DNA of 64,000 bases from Paraspadella gotoi (GCA_051294375.1 JBJCIZ010000028.1:329108-393107), one strand, 5' to 3'. Positions 50,201 through 62,861 are shown, numbered from the stretch's first letter. Notes: a model not told the origin generated them from the letters alone. Translations and numbers: made by a program.

Positions 50201-51264
50201 GAGGCGAGAGGGAGAGGAGAGGGAGGGAGGGAGGGGAGAGAAAAGGAAGGAAAAGAAGGGGAGAGGAATGGAAAGAGCGAGAGAGAGTTGAGGAGGGAGA
50301 ACGAGGGGAAAATACAGATCAATTGAAGAAGGAAGCAGAATAAAATTTGGAGTAAAGGACGGGATGAAAAGAGACAGAGTGAAAGGTGGGAGGGGAGAGA
50401 GAGAGAGAGAGAGAGAGAGATATGAAAGAAAAATCTTTCTGATGGTTAGTAACCATCTTGTATTTGAATTTCAAGTTTGGATTCTTCAAACATTTAGATA
50501 ATAATTAAGCAATAATTAAGTTTATAACTAATTTTATCCAAAAAATAAATTTCTCAGGCGGCTCTGGTCTGACTTTGGACGAACGAAAAGTTGGAAAAGA
50601 GAAAACGGGAACGAAAAGAAAAACAACGAATCCTTATTATAACGAAATGCTGCATTTTACGGTATGCAGATACTGGGTAAAGCGGCATTAACATTTAAGT
50701 AGGTTGTTTTGTTTTATATTAATACCAAAAACAGTATTAACAAAATCAGAATCAGTAACGGGTTTTCGTTGTAAAGTAGATCAATTTTATCCTGGATTCT
50801 AAACTTTTGGATTTAAACCATTTATGAGTAATCTGAGAGAAACTCAGTTTACGGATTTATTCTCAATCATTAATTTTAGAAAAATATTCCACCAACCACA
50901 AAATGTTTTCAATAACTTATTACTACAATATGAAAATGAGATTAGACGAACTTTCGCTGCAGGCATTTCCTTTCTCTTTTCCTTTTTCTTTTTCCTTACC
51001 CTCTTTAGCGCAATTAAACTTACCGTTCCCACCCAAAAAAAAACAAACCTTCAGGTGGGGCCCGACCAAATTCGCAAAGTCGATCTCACCCTCACGGTGG
51101 TTCACGCTCCGCTGGTCGGACTCCCGCGCGCCATCGGTCGCGTTCACTTTGGTCCGCGCGCGGCGGGTCGATCGGGGCAACACTGGATGGACAGTTTGGA
51201 GAGACAGGGGAGGCCCGTGGCGCAATGGCACGTGCTGGCCAATCCAAAGCAGAAGAGGAAGTGA
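41083..51264 (+). CDS. Synaptotagmin-like protein (N-terminal TM, Cys cluster, C2A, C2B); exons 41083-41268, 42184-42456, 43004-43181, 43695-43828, 46772-46959, 49577-49791, 50558-50661, 51055-51264
   Basis: GT-AG introns with consistent phases. Motifs LFLLLLLCCCCYCCCKKCCC, LGRLQFSM, PTFSEEFTF, IGEIVVPL, GLICLSLQYSP, TDPMVK, NPYYNE, IGRV..G...QHW, PVAQWHVL. Small indels in exons 6-7. Confidence 0.9.
43967..44942. mobile_element. Foldback/MITE-like element with ~250-bp imperfect terminal inverted repeats (synaptotagmin intron 4)
   Basis: atggtgacaattttacaagcgcc... at the left end and ...ggcgcttgtaaaattgtcaccat at the right. Related fragments near 17540-17700, 19920-20100 and 29985-30260. Confidence 0.85.
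47330..49625 (+). repeat. ~85-bp minisatellite (roughly 25 units) made of the CT tract, AG acceptor and first ~50 nt of synaptotagmin exon 6
   Basis: Unit ctctctcag|ctccaaccacttcgaattcggcctcatctgtctctccctccaatattctc. Only the last unit continues into the rest of the exon. Confidence 0.92.
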
Positions 51265-51272
51265 AAGAGAGA

Positions 51273-51316
<44 letters not shown>

Positions 51317-52690
51317 GAGAGATATTCCCAAAATATTTTCCCCGTTCTCTAGTACAATCTCACACAAAATCGTTGCAATATTTATGTTGGGATCTATCGA
51401 TTTCTCTTGCAATCACAGATTTTATTGCTGTGAGTCTTTGTCAAAACGATCAATGAATACATTTTAGAATCGTATTTCTCAATGAATTCTTGCGCGCTCG
51501 ATTATATTAATTAGCAAATTATGTTTTAAAGTCATATCTCATGCAAGGGTGTAACCCTTTTGATAAAAAGTAATTCTTTTACTCGTACTACTTATTGTAG
51601 TACTATCTATTAGCATTAAAATTGTTTTCGAAAAGTAGGATGGTACCATTTTTTGAAATATTTTTTTGGGGGTTTAGATCGAGACCAGAAAAATTTGTTT
51701 TTATTTAGACCACCTAGATAGAAAAGATAAGACTCATTTCATTCATTTTTTATCAATTTTATTTGTTAACGTTTTAAGCTTAAGGAAATTAATTCTTCTT
51801 TTGAAGAGTTATATTTTTTAAACGTTGTATTTCCTTTTCAAAAACAAAAACAAAAATGAGTGTTGGACTTTTATAAATTTGAGAAATTTGTACTTTTTTC
51901 GCTGATTTTTCGTCAGATTTAATCTTTGGAAATCTGATTATAAAACCTAAAAGTTTATTATTTAAGATTTTCTTTTCGCTTAAAAAAATTAAAATCGTTA
52001 CATTTTTTAAATTTGGTTTTTAAATAACATATACCATTTTAAAAACAAAACCATCCGAACAAAATTTAAATACACTAATTATTAACAACAAAAAATAACG
52101 AATTGATATTTTAAAACGTTGAACGTAATTTGACATTTTATATTTTTTTCGAAACACTGTGCAGTCGAACTATCGCCGATTGAGTAAGTCGAGTTTACTT
52201 AGAGACAAACTTGAAAAATAAACAATAAGGAAAGAAAAGAGAGAGAAACAAAGGGGTAATTGTTAATGTCGGCGACTTAAAAGGCGATGATAGGTATTTA
52301 AGGGGAGAAAGAAATTTAGAGAATCAAAACTTAACACAAGTCATCAGATTTTTTGGACTCGAGAAATCCTCAATCAAAACTTCTTCAAGGTAAAACTTTT
52401 TTTTTGATATTTATTATTCAAAATATAAATGTCTAGCAGTAGCTTTAAAGGGTAAACTGTTTACATTCATTTTGTTTTTAAATTGTTAAAAATTTAAGAA
52501 AGTTGGACTGTCCAAAACATTGTAAATTCTGTACTAATTTCAAATAATATTTTACGGGTTCTGTCGCTATTTATATCTGATTTTTCAATTTTTTTTATTT
52601 TAAATTATTAATTCAGTTTTAAATCCATTATATATTTTTATATTTATTTATTTATTTGCTTTATAAGTATTTATTGTTTTTCAATTTTAG

Positions 52691-52777
52691 ATGAAGGCTG
52701 CAATTATCTGCGCTTTGCTGGTCGTGGCCATCATTGCGTCTTCCGACGCCGCCTTTGAAAGTGAGAGAGAGAGAGAG

Positions 52778-52814
<37 letters not shown>

Positions 52815-52915
52815 TTTGGCCTCACCGTTGGGCTTTCTTACTCGGTGCGGTGATTTGCTGCCCAACTCTCTTTAGCCTCCCGTCGTTAGTATCCATAGTT
52901 GGGGGCTTCACCCGT

Positions 52916-52950
<35 letters not shown>

Positions 52951-53120
52951 AAGAGAGAGAGCGAATTGGCGTCGCCGTTGGCTTTCTTACTCGGTGCGGT
53001 GATTGCTGACCCAACTCTCTTTAGCCCTCCGTTCGTTAGTATCCATAGTTGGGGCTTCACCCGTGAAGAGAGAGAGAGAAAGAGAGAGAGAGAGAGGAGA
53101 GAGGAGAGAAGAGAGAAGAG

Positions 53121-53164
<44 letters not shown>

Positions 53165-53827
53165 AATCGATTTATTATTCCCTATCCCTATTTTCTCGAT
53201 CCAAGATTCGGACGACAACCGAGCGTGCCAATGTGGAATGATGTATTGCAACCACATGTGTCCCAGAGGAATGGAAGATTTTAAAGGTGATGGAATGTTA
53301 ATGGACGGTGATAGAGTCAGAGTGAGTGTGAGTCACTGATTAAAACCGAAGTCAATACCATAGAATGTTGCGCCACTTTGATAAAATGCTGAGATAATGT
53401 TATAGAATCCTAAGTCACGTAATAGAATGTTGGGGCACTGTAAAAGTATGTCAAGTCTCTGTAATAGAATGTTAAGTCTTTGTGATAGAATGTTGAGGCA
53501 TTTCGAAAGAATTTTAAGTCTCTCTGATATAATTTTGGATCTCTGTGACACAATGTTGATTACCTGTGATAGAATTCTGAGACACTAAAATAGAATATGT
53601 GAGAATGTGAATAGTATTGGATTTGTGATTCTACTTATGACAATCTCCAGCTAATTCTGACCCTTAACTTTGCAGAGAGTCCCCACTTGGCCAAGAGAAT
53701 CGCCAACGAGTTGGATCTCATTGCACGCGGAGCCAATACCTGCACCGGTTGCCAATGCCAATGTTGCGGCCTCATCGACTGTCTGGACATCACGAATCAT
53801 TGGGACGGAAAATATAAATGTTGCTGA
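52691..53827 (+). CDS. Secreted cysteine-rich peptide precursor, 100 aa; coding exons 52691-52760, 53206-53286, 53676-53827
   Basis: Phase-1/phase-1 GT-AG introns give 303 nt: MKAAIICALLVVAIIASSDAAFENSDDNRACQCGMMYCNHMCPRGMEDFKESPHLAKRIANELDLIARGANTCTGCQCQCCGLIDCLDITNHWDGKYKCC*. The ATG directly follows an acceptor (ttttag); a likely non-coding exon ends at 52389 (caag|gtaaa). Confidence 0.85.
52815..53067. repeat. Two copies of a ~100-bp GC-rich element embedded in (GA)n (52815-52918, 52965-53067)
   Basis: Near-identical direct copies in intron 1 of the peptide gene. Confidence 0.9.
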
Positions 53828-54142
53828 ATCAATTTTGGGTTTAAAAAAATGAGGGGAAACTCCTTCTTTTGGGTACAAAAGGATCCGATTTAAATGAATG
53901 GGTAGAAAACTTGTGATTTTTAAATTTAGATTTTTAATTATTGGCACGTTTTTAAATATATAATATTTTGATCCTTTTTTTAATTAAACAATGTTTTTTT
54001 TTAAATCGTGACCTAGCTGCAGATTTGAGAGAGAGAGAGAGAGATATGAAAAGAGGAGAGTCAGTTATTAATTTAATAGAAATTAGTGTTTTTGATTGTA
54101 AAATAGTCGCGACTGGGTTAGTCTATACATTTTTTTTTGAGA

Positions 54143-54202
<60 letters not shown>

Positions 54203-54393
54203 CCTATGTAATTTGTCATAATAACTGACTCTCCTCTTATATCTCTCCCTCTCTCTCTCTCGTCACACTCACGTTGAAGCTAAAAAAAAATGAGGAAAAG
54301 TTAACCAAATCTTAAGTCAGTTTCAAAGTTGAAAAACCAGTTGAACAAGACAAAATCGAGAGAGCACCGGAATCTTTACCCCTCTCTCTCTGT

Positions 54394-54464
<71 letters not shown>

Positions 54465-54673
54465 GCAGAGTTTTATAATTTTTTAAAATTTTTTTGACTT
54501 TACTATCATGAAACATTATTTCTTCCGGTGCTAAAGGAGCATAAAATTTTATAACGGCTCAACGTTGTTCAATTTACTAATTTACATAAATTGCGGTCAG
54601 ACAAACCCTTACAACAATTAAAATAAAATTAATATCGAACATTAAAGTTAGATTTGATATTTGTAGTAGAAAA

Positions 54674-55134
54674 ATGACGACGATGACGATGACTCTGACG
54701 AAAGCCTTCGTCTTCTTCATGACTTTTCTCTGCTACGCTGCGTATCACACTGCGCGACTTCCTTTCAGCATCGTAACGCCGGTGCTGACCCGCCACTGCA
54801 GCAACGACAGCGGGAGCAGCATTTTCAGCGGCAGCGTCGGCGGCGGAAACGAGAGCGTTGGTAAGTTGGTGGAAACGAGAAAGTTTAAATTATATTAAAT
54901 TAAGTTAATTATAAGTCATTGTCGATTGTCAAAGCGCTGATAAAGGCTTGTAAATATTAAAAAAGACGAAACATGTCTTGAAATTATTTATCGTTGTTGT
55001 AAATAAATTATTATTTACCTTACCTCTCGTTATAAGTCGTTTGAAGGAAAGGGGAGAAAACAGAGAGAGAGAGAGAGGGGGGTAGAAAATGGGGAGGAGG
55101 GGGAGAGAGAGAGAGAGAGGAGAGAAGAGAGAGA

Positions 55135-55184
<50 letters not shown>

Positions 55185-55278
55185 AGATTAAATAAAGAAA
55201 AAAAAAAAAAAGAAAACAGAGAGAGAGTGAGACAGAAGGAAAAACACACAAATTATCACCCTATCCCCTCGCTCCCAT

Positions 55279-55336
<58 letters not shown>

Positions 55337-55440
55337 CCCGTGCGGTTGGCCTCCTTTCGACGGTTCGCACGGACTACTTTTCATCGGTGCGGTCGACTAC
55401 GGATTCCTGACCGCGTACGCACTGGGGATGTACGTATCGG
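54674..55440 (+). CDS. SLC37A: SLC37-family (MFS) sugar-phosphate/phosphate exchanger, exons 1-2 only (54674-54860, 55336-55440)
   Basis: TFLCYAAYHTARLPFSIV...C and CGWPPFD...IGAVDYGFLTAYALGMYVSG match the SLC37A1/A2 N-terminus, with GTAAG donors. Later exons not found in the window. Confidence 0.88.
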
Positions 55441-56229
55441 GTAAGGGATTTCGAAGATGGAACCAGATTTTAGGTTTTTAGTTGTTTTCTATTTATTGAA
55501 TTGAAACACGAAAAACGAATCAAAAAGGTAACAGATCAATCGGGAAGAGAAAACGTATTACGTCACCGGTTGAGTCGATACGATCGTCGAGGCATCAGAC
55601 AAAAGGCACTACCTCATGGTCCCCCCCAAAATTCGACATATAGTATTTTTTTGTAATATATAATCAAAATAGTATGTGGCGATATTTGATAAAGACAATT
55701 CACTTNNNNNNNNNNNNNNNNNNNNNNNNNNNNNNNNNNNNNNNNNNNNNNNNNNNNNNNNNNNNNNNNNNNNNNNNNNNNNNNNNNNNNNNNNNNNNNN
55801 NNNNNTCAAGAGCAAAACCCGTTTCAGCCCCGAGAATGCTGCAAACGCCTGCCACTCCACAAATGCTGGAACCAATCGACGATGTGGAAGAATTTGAGCA
55901 CACCAGTCACCACTGACGTCAACCAAGTCGACGACACGCTTGGGGGATGTTTGGAAAGTCAAATAGTTCAGCCAAAACCACAACGATAACACAAAGACGA
56001 CAAATACAACGACGAAGACGACGACGAAGTCTTTCTCTTTGCGACCCGTAAGGTCAGCAGGAATGACCATTCGACCATTGGACCTGAAAATTAATTGTTA
56101 TGGCTGACCTTTTTTCAGCCAATGTAAATACGTAGTTGTTTTTGTATATTTTCCGTTATTGCTTTTACTCTGTTTTTCTTTAATATACGTTTTATTATAC
56201 ACAAAAAACACGCTTCAAGTTTTTCCAAA

Positions 56230-58325
56230 TATTCTTATTAAGTCACGCAATTAATCTTTTTTTTGAAATATTCTTCTTCCGTGTTTTAGAAATTTTATCC
56301 TTTACATTGGAAAAGCGTTTTCTTTGTTTTTAAGTTTTATGCTTGAAATATCGTCTCGCGTATTAACTTTTTATCACTTTTTACTTTAGAAGCGTTATCG
56401 GTGTTTCTTACTCTTTTTACATTGGAAAAGACGTTTCCGTTTTTTTTTAAAGTTTTATTTCTTGTTTACATTGGAAAAAAAATCGTTTTCTGTTATTTTA
56501 AAAGTTTTCCTATCTTTTTACAGAGAAAAAGTTGTCTTCTGGTGTATTTAACGTTTTTATCTTTTGATGATGAGAGAAAAAGCTACATAAATTAAAGAAA
56601 AAGAGCAGAGAAGGAACATATCAAAATAAAAGAGCAGAATTTGTTTGTTTATAAGACTATTAATAACTGTCGATACCCAATTTTAACACCTCGATGATGT
56701 TATTTTCAGATATTTAACAGTTTTTATTTTTTTCTTTGAAAAATATCGACATTTTCCGTCTTTAGAAATTTTATCTCTTTACATTGGGAAAAAGCGTTTT
56801 CTTTGTTTTTTAAAGTTGTTTCTTCTTTGAAATCGTTCTCGGATGTGTAATTAACGTTTTTACTTTTTAATTTAGAAAGTCCTTTACGGTGTTTTTTAAC
56901 TCTTTTTTACATTAGAAAAACGAGTTTGCGTTTTTTTTTAAAGTTTATTTGCTTTTACATTGGAAAAATTTCTGTTATTTAACGTTTCATATCTTTTTAC
57001 AGAGAACAAGTCGTTTTCTGGTGTATCTTAAACGTTTTATCATTGAGAGTGAGAAAGCTACATAAAATAAGAGAAAGAGACGAGGAGAAGAGACATAAAA
57101 TAAAAGAGAGGAAATTTGTTTGTTTTTGATAAAAAGATTATTTAATAACTGTCATCACCCATTTTAACAACCTCGATGGTGTCTATTTGCAGAAGTATTT
57201 AAGTTATTTATTGTTCTTTTCTTTGAAAAATAGCGTTGTTTCCGTTTTAGAAATTTATTTAATCTCGTTTTACATGGAAAAGCGTTTTTCTTTGTATTTT
57301 AATTTGTTATTCTTTGAAATATCGTCTAAGCTTATTTAACGTTTTATCAATTTACTTAGAAAAGTCGTTTATCGTGTTATTTATTATATTTTTTTACATT
57401 GGAAAAAAACGTTTGCCGTTTTTTTTAAAGTTTTTATTTCTCTTTTAATTGAAAAAATGTATTTCTGTGTATTTTTAAATTTATATACTTTTTAGAGAAC
57501 AAGTCGTTTTTGGTGTATTTAACTTTTTTATATTGAGAGTGAGAGAAAGCTACATAAAATTAAGAGAAAGGAAGAGAAAGACATAAAAAAAGAGAGTAAA
57601 TTTGTTTCGTTCTTATAAAAATTTATAACTGTCCTCACCCATTTAACAACCTCAGGCATTTTATCTGCAAGTATTTAACGTTTTATTCTTTTTCTTTGAA
57701 ACTATCGTTTTCAGTGTTTTAAAATTTTTTATCTCTTTTACATTGGAAAAAGCGTTTTTCTTTGTTTTAAATGTAATTCTTTTGGGAAATGTCGTCTGCC
57801 GTGTATTTAAACTTTTTAATTACTTTTTACATTTTAGAAAAAGTCGATTTATCGGTGTTTTTTCAAACTTCTTTTACATTGGAAAAAGTTTGCCTTTTTT
57901 TTAAAGTTATTATTTATTACCATTTGGAAAATTGTTTATCTGTTATTTTTAAAGTTTTCAATATCTTTTATACAGAGAAAAATCAGTCGTTTTCTTGTAT
58001 TTAACGTTTTTAATCATATGGTGAGAGAAAGCTACATTAAAAAATTAAAGAGGAAAGAGAAGAAAAGGAACATAAAATAAAGAAGGAAATTTGTTTTTGT
58101 GATAAAAATTATTTAATAATGTCTCCCCAATTTTAACAACCTCGATATTTAATGCAAGTATTAACCGGTTTTAATCTTTTTCTTTGAAAATATCTTTTCC
58201 GTTTTAGAAATTTTTTATCCCTTAATTTATGCCCAAAACAGCGTTTTTCTTTGTTGAAAGTTATACTATCTCTTTGAAAAATCGTCTGCGTTATTTACGT
58301 TTTCACTCACTTTTTAATCTTTAGG
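56230..58325. repeat. AT-rich ~490-bp tandem repeat, about 4 copies
   Basis: gagaaagctacataaa marker at about 56575, 57052, 57543 and 58025. Confidence 0.9.
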
Positions 58326-58349
58326 ATAAATCTATGTATAGTTCCTTTC

Positions 58350-58760
58350 TTTGGGCGATTCGCCACGGACCGCCGTCTTCGCCATGGTATCGCGACATCG
58401 CATCCGCTAACATCGCATAGCGGGCATCTCCCTAAACCCTACACCCTAACTCCTAACCCATCGCCATCGCGACAATCCATGGCGGGTCCCCTCCCCAATG
58501 CCTACCCTAAACCAACACTCCGTGCCATCAACCTTAACCACTAACCAACCCTAACCCTAATCCCTAAGCGGCCTCAGGCAACCTCCATTATATCTCCCTC
58601 AAACCCTACCCTAATGACCACATCGCATCCACCGACATCGGCCTTCCCGACATCGCCATCCCAGCGTCGCCATCGCCGAATTTGACTTGGGCTTCAAAGG
58701 ACCGGGGCAAAAGACCGCAGGGCATCGCCATGAATATCGCACAGGGCGACATCGCCATTC
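58350..58760. repeat. Element with CCCTAA-like core flanked by gcgacatcgccat repeats
   Basis: Degenerate ccctaacc units at 58430-58613; low-quality sequence. Confidence 0.6.
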
Positions 58761-58979
58761 CACAGAGAGGCTGGGAGCGGACCCAGACGTTGACAGCGAA
58801 ATCGGGGGTTTGAGGCCCGGAGACCAGGCGGAATACACCCCTTATCTAGCTCCCCCTTGGTTACTGCAACCCGACTTAGTTTAGTACAACGCGTATATAA
58901 AGCCATATCTCCAATCCTAGATATTAATGTATTATTTCAATAAAAACATAATTCCAAGTAACAATATTAAGATACCAAT

Positions 58980-59700
58980 TCTATAGCATATCACTACTGA
59001 GTCGATGACTCGTGTCAAACATTGTAGCACGTTCCCCTTCCAGCCGGAGCTTTTTGCAATGAATGCTCGGGCCAACTCGCGACACGAGTGTTAAACCACG
59101 CTCGATTCAATGGAATTTTTTGAAGCATCGGATCCGTATGAGAGCGTAGACTCCACTTTCAACTTCTCTTCGAATGCCCAGTGCCTCAGCCAAGCACACA
59201 ACGTCCGTGTTGGGCGTCCTCGCACCCGCAAAGCCACGCCCGTCGAAGGTAGTCAACGCCTAATCCGTCTGATCCCGGGACTTGGCAAACCTGCGAAGAG
59301 AGCGGCGAGAAAGATTTTACTCCGCGGATTGTCCATAATCCGGGAATAGAAAAGCGGTCGATCGGGAGACCCTTGCCAACGAGCGAGATGTATTATGGTA
59401 AACAGAGAGATTTCCCTTGGCAAAGTTAGTCACGCACGACCAGGCGCTGAGGCGCTGTCTTTCGATCCCACCGAGACTTTGACTCCACCCAAGGTAGTCC
59501 TTCCCGCGGATATTTACGAGCTTTCATGAACGCGGAAAGGCGCGGCAGGTTCCCAAGTCGCTTTGCACTCTAACTGGAAAAGACTTCTTAGCAGCGACAT
59601 ACCGCAAGTAGCAAAGTTGACTCTCGGCCGCGTAACGGGCTTTCGAGCCTCTTTTGCAATGCAGAAGAAGATCTATCGTCCCCGGGTTTCGAAGACGGAC
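58980..59700 (-). mobile_element. Possible degenerate tyrosine-recombinase gene of a DIRS/Ngaro-type retroelement
   Basis: Across frameshifts the minus strand gives RKPVT (~59640), FRVHE (~59530), HSCR (~59085) and GWKG (~59040), in the order expected for YR boxes I and II. Weak. Confidence 0.3.
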
Positions 59701-61364
59701 GGGAGAGATTCAGTCTTTTCCTTCGTAATTTTTTCAGGTTACCGAGTCTGCGATACTGCACGGCACGTTGATTGACCGCAGAAATCTCCCACAACACCCG
59801 ACAATTTCCGTCGGGGAAGTACATCTTCCGTGCTGTTACGTAATCCGAAATTGCCGAGACTCGACACTGCTACGTGTCGTGTCAGTCGGCCTTCATTAGG
59901 CCGTAAGAACAATTCCAGCTTTTGCCTCGAATCCGTCTCGGGCTAAAGGTGCCGCAGAAACGACATGAACACCATTGGACACTAGTGGCACAGTAGCGGC
60001 AATCAGCAGAGACCGAGACTTCAACAACTGCCGATAATCCTCAGGAAGCTTTGACTGAGAGACCTGAAAGATTTAATGAAAAATTTACCCTGACAGTGAG
60101 TCCCGCGGCCCTTCCCTTCCAAACCATAACACCGTTGCCCTCCTTACCCTTGCCCTACTCTTACTTACCGAAGGGACCGCATCATAACATGCATGATGGA
60201 GCCCAGACGTCGATGTGAGAGGACTGCCGTGTTTCACTTTAGAAGAGTCGGTATGTGAATTTGCGGTACCTCCGTCTGTCTCGTCCCATTGATCCGTTCC
60301 ATTTTACCGGGCCATGATTGTTTCAAGGATAGCCGCAGAGCATTTTCCACGAGCACGCCTCCTTGCGCTTCGCAGCGACGGAGAGTGTTTTCATGCCGAT
60401 TACTGAAATGAACGATTGAATAAATGCTTCCCGTAGGCCGCAAAGTCGCGGGATAGCACCATGCACACGCTCCTCTGGCAAGGGGAGCTAGGCCGTTCTC
60501 CCTTGCCCACAGCGCACTTTGATCCATTCCCCGTGGTGTTTTGAGCTTCAGGTTATTCCTTTCCCATTTGTTTTACATGAGTATTTTTTTTTACACTTCC
60601 AGCCAGATAAAGTCTAACATTGTTCATTTGCTAAAACATTAAATGGTTTATGCTCAACCCATGACATAAACATTGACTCTGGCGGACTCGATTTAACGCT
60701 CGATCGCTCTGTGTCCCAGGGACCGGGCAATTTTCAGATGCCCCGAGATTAATGACTACCCGCCCTCTCACGCAGGTCAAACACACTACTGCGCTTAGGA
60801 CAGCAGCGACTTGAGGAGAATCCAGGTCAACCGGCCATGCCTTATGCCCCTTTCCTCACGACCTTAATGGCGAGATAGTAAAGGGGAAAGAGAAAAGAAC
60901 TTCTCTTTACGCCGAACCTCAGTCACTTACCAACATCCATCGCAAAAGTAAAGCAGAAAAGCCATTCGCGGATTAACCTAAACAGGAGCGCCTTCCATAG
61001 CCAAGTGCTTCAGTCCCAGGAGGCGACATCGCGCCGGCCGCGGGCCGGGACGGGCTACGAGGCAAGGCGCCGTCGTCTCCACAAGTTTATTTTTGCCCTG
61101 GTCCCAGAGACATACGGGGGCCGGAGGCCGCGGGACGGCATAGAGCAAGCGCTGCAGTACCAAGTGCCTGGTCCAGGAGCACATCGGCGCCGGGGCCGGG
61201 CCGGTATCCGCAAGGCGATGCGAGCCTCTCCCAAGTGCCTTGCCCAGGTAGACATTGTGGCGGCCGCTGCCCTTGCCTGCCCGCCAGCCCCCATTTGCGC
61301 GCGACGTTTGCCGGGACATAAAGCCCTAAGCAAAGCATGAGCCTACTCAGGCAAGGCATCGACA

Positions 61365-62850
61365 TAGTCACAAAAAGTCAGTTTGAGAAAACCCGAGTTC
61401 CCCTTCTCCGCTAAAACCCCCATCTTTAATTCTCCCATAACCGTCTCTACCACCCCGTTAATCGAAAACCCGCGCCCAGCCTACCCACCCACGATTAAAG
61501 AACGAAGCGGACCCCAAGCCAGAACAAGAGCGACAAAAGAGAATAAAAGAACGTAAAGCAGAAGAAACTACGAAAGGTTCCCTTCCCATTCCCTCTCCGC
61601 TCCTTCAGTCTCCCTCTCCATCTTAGGCGAACGTACCAAGCCAACGCTCATGACAAACGAAGCATCAGCGAACCGTTCAGTCCCTTTGCGGACATTGCGG
61701 CAAAACCCATACCAGCAAAGGATCAGGCCTACTTCGGCCAAGGATCGACAGTATACCACAAAATAGTCGGTTTGAGAAACCCAGAGGGTCCCCTTCTCCC
61801 GTACCCTCTCTCCTAAGACCGTCTCCCACGCGTATATCGAAAACCCAGCCAATGCAATACCCGACGAATTAAAGAACGAAGGCCGACCCCAAGTCACGAG
61901 TACAAAGAAGCGACAAAAAGAGTAAAAGAGTAAAGGACAGAGAAACAAAAGTATCCCCCTATCCATCCCTCTCCTCCTTTCCAGTCTCCCTCATACCATT
62001 TGGCAACCACGCCCGCAGCTCATGACCAACAAAGCACAAAACCGTCGTCCCCTTTGCGCGACATTAGCCAGGCAAAAAGCCCCTAACAAAGGCACGGCCT
62101 CTCTCGAGCGCAATATCGACCACAGTAGTCAACCAAAAGGTTCAGGTTTCTGAAAACCCCGAGGTTCCCCTTCTCCATACCTCTTCCCTTAGACTGTCTC
62201 TCCACCCCTTATCGACAAAACCCAGCCGCAATGCATTACCCACCGAGATTAAAAACGAAGGCGGACCCAAGCCAGGTTAAAGAGCCGCACAAACAAAGCA
62301 GTAAAAGAAGTAAAGCAAGAAGACAACCACAAAAGGTTCCCCCCTCCACATTCACACTCTCGCTCCTTTCAGTTCGCCTCTCCCATTTGCAGTAGCGCGA
62401 CCGCAACGTCGAACAATGTTAACTGTGACCAACCAACCCCCAGTCACGAACCGTCAGTCCTTTTCCGGACATGCCCGAGCAATAAAGCACCTAATCAAAG
62501 CACGGCCTCATATCGAGGCAAGCAATCACCACTCAGCATCACAAAAGTCCAGGTTTGAAACCCAAGGGTTACCCCTTCTCCGTAACCCGCTCTCTCACCC
62601 ATAGACCGTCACTCCCACCCACGTATCACAAACCCGCGCATGCTACCCACCGAGATAAACGAACTTAAGCGGACACCAAGCCAGGTAAAACGACAAAACA
62701 AGAAGTAAAGAGTAAAGGCAGAGTAAACCCAAAGTTCCCCCTCCACATATCCCTCTCGCTCCCTTTCAGTCTCCCTCTCCATTGGACGATACCACGCGAC
62801 AATAGCTCATACTGCACCAACTATAGTCACGAAACGTCGATCCCTTTGCG
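61365..62850. repeat. ~385-bp tandem repeat, about 4 copies
   Basis: gtttgagaaaccc.ag..tccccttctcc marker at about 61381, 61770, 62148 and 62553; indel-rich. Confidence 0.85.
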
Positions 62851-62861
62851 AGAATCCTCTC

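Noticed and set aside
49800-50330. G/E/R-rich and S/P/L-rich ORFs
   Set aside because: Intronic purine-rich low-complexity tract in synaptotagmin intron 6.
52691-53827. Insulin-like peptide (B-C-A layout)
   Set aside because: Cys spacing does not fit (CC-x4-C-x12-CC versus CC-x3-C-x8-C; no CG-x10-C B chain); only the layout is similar.
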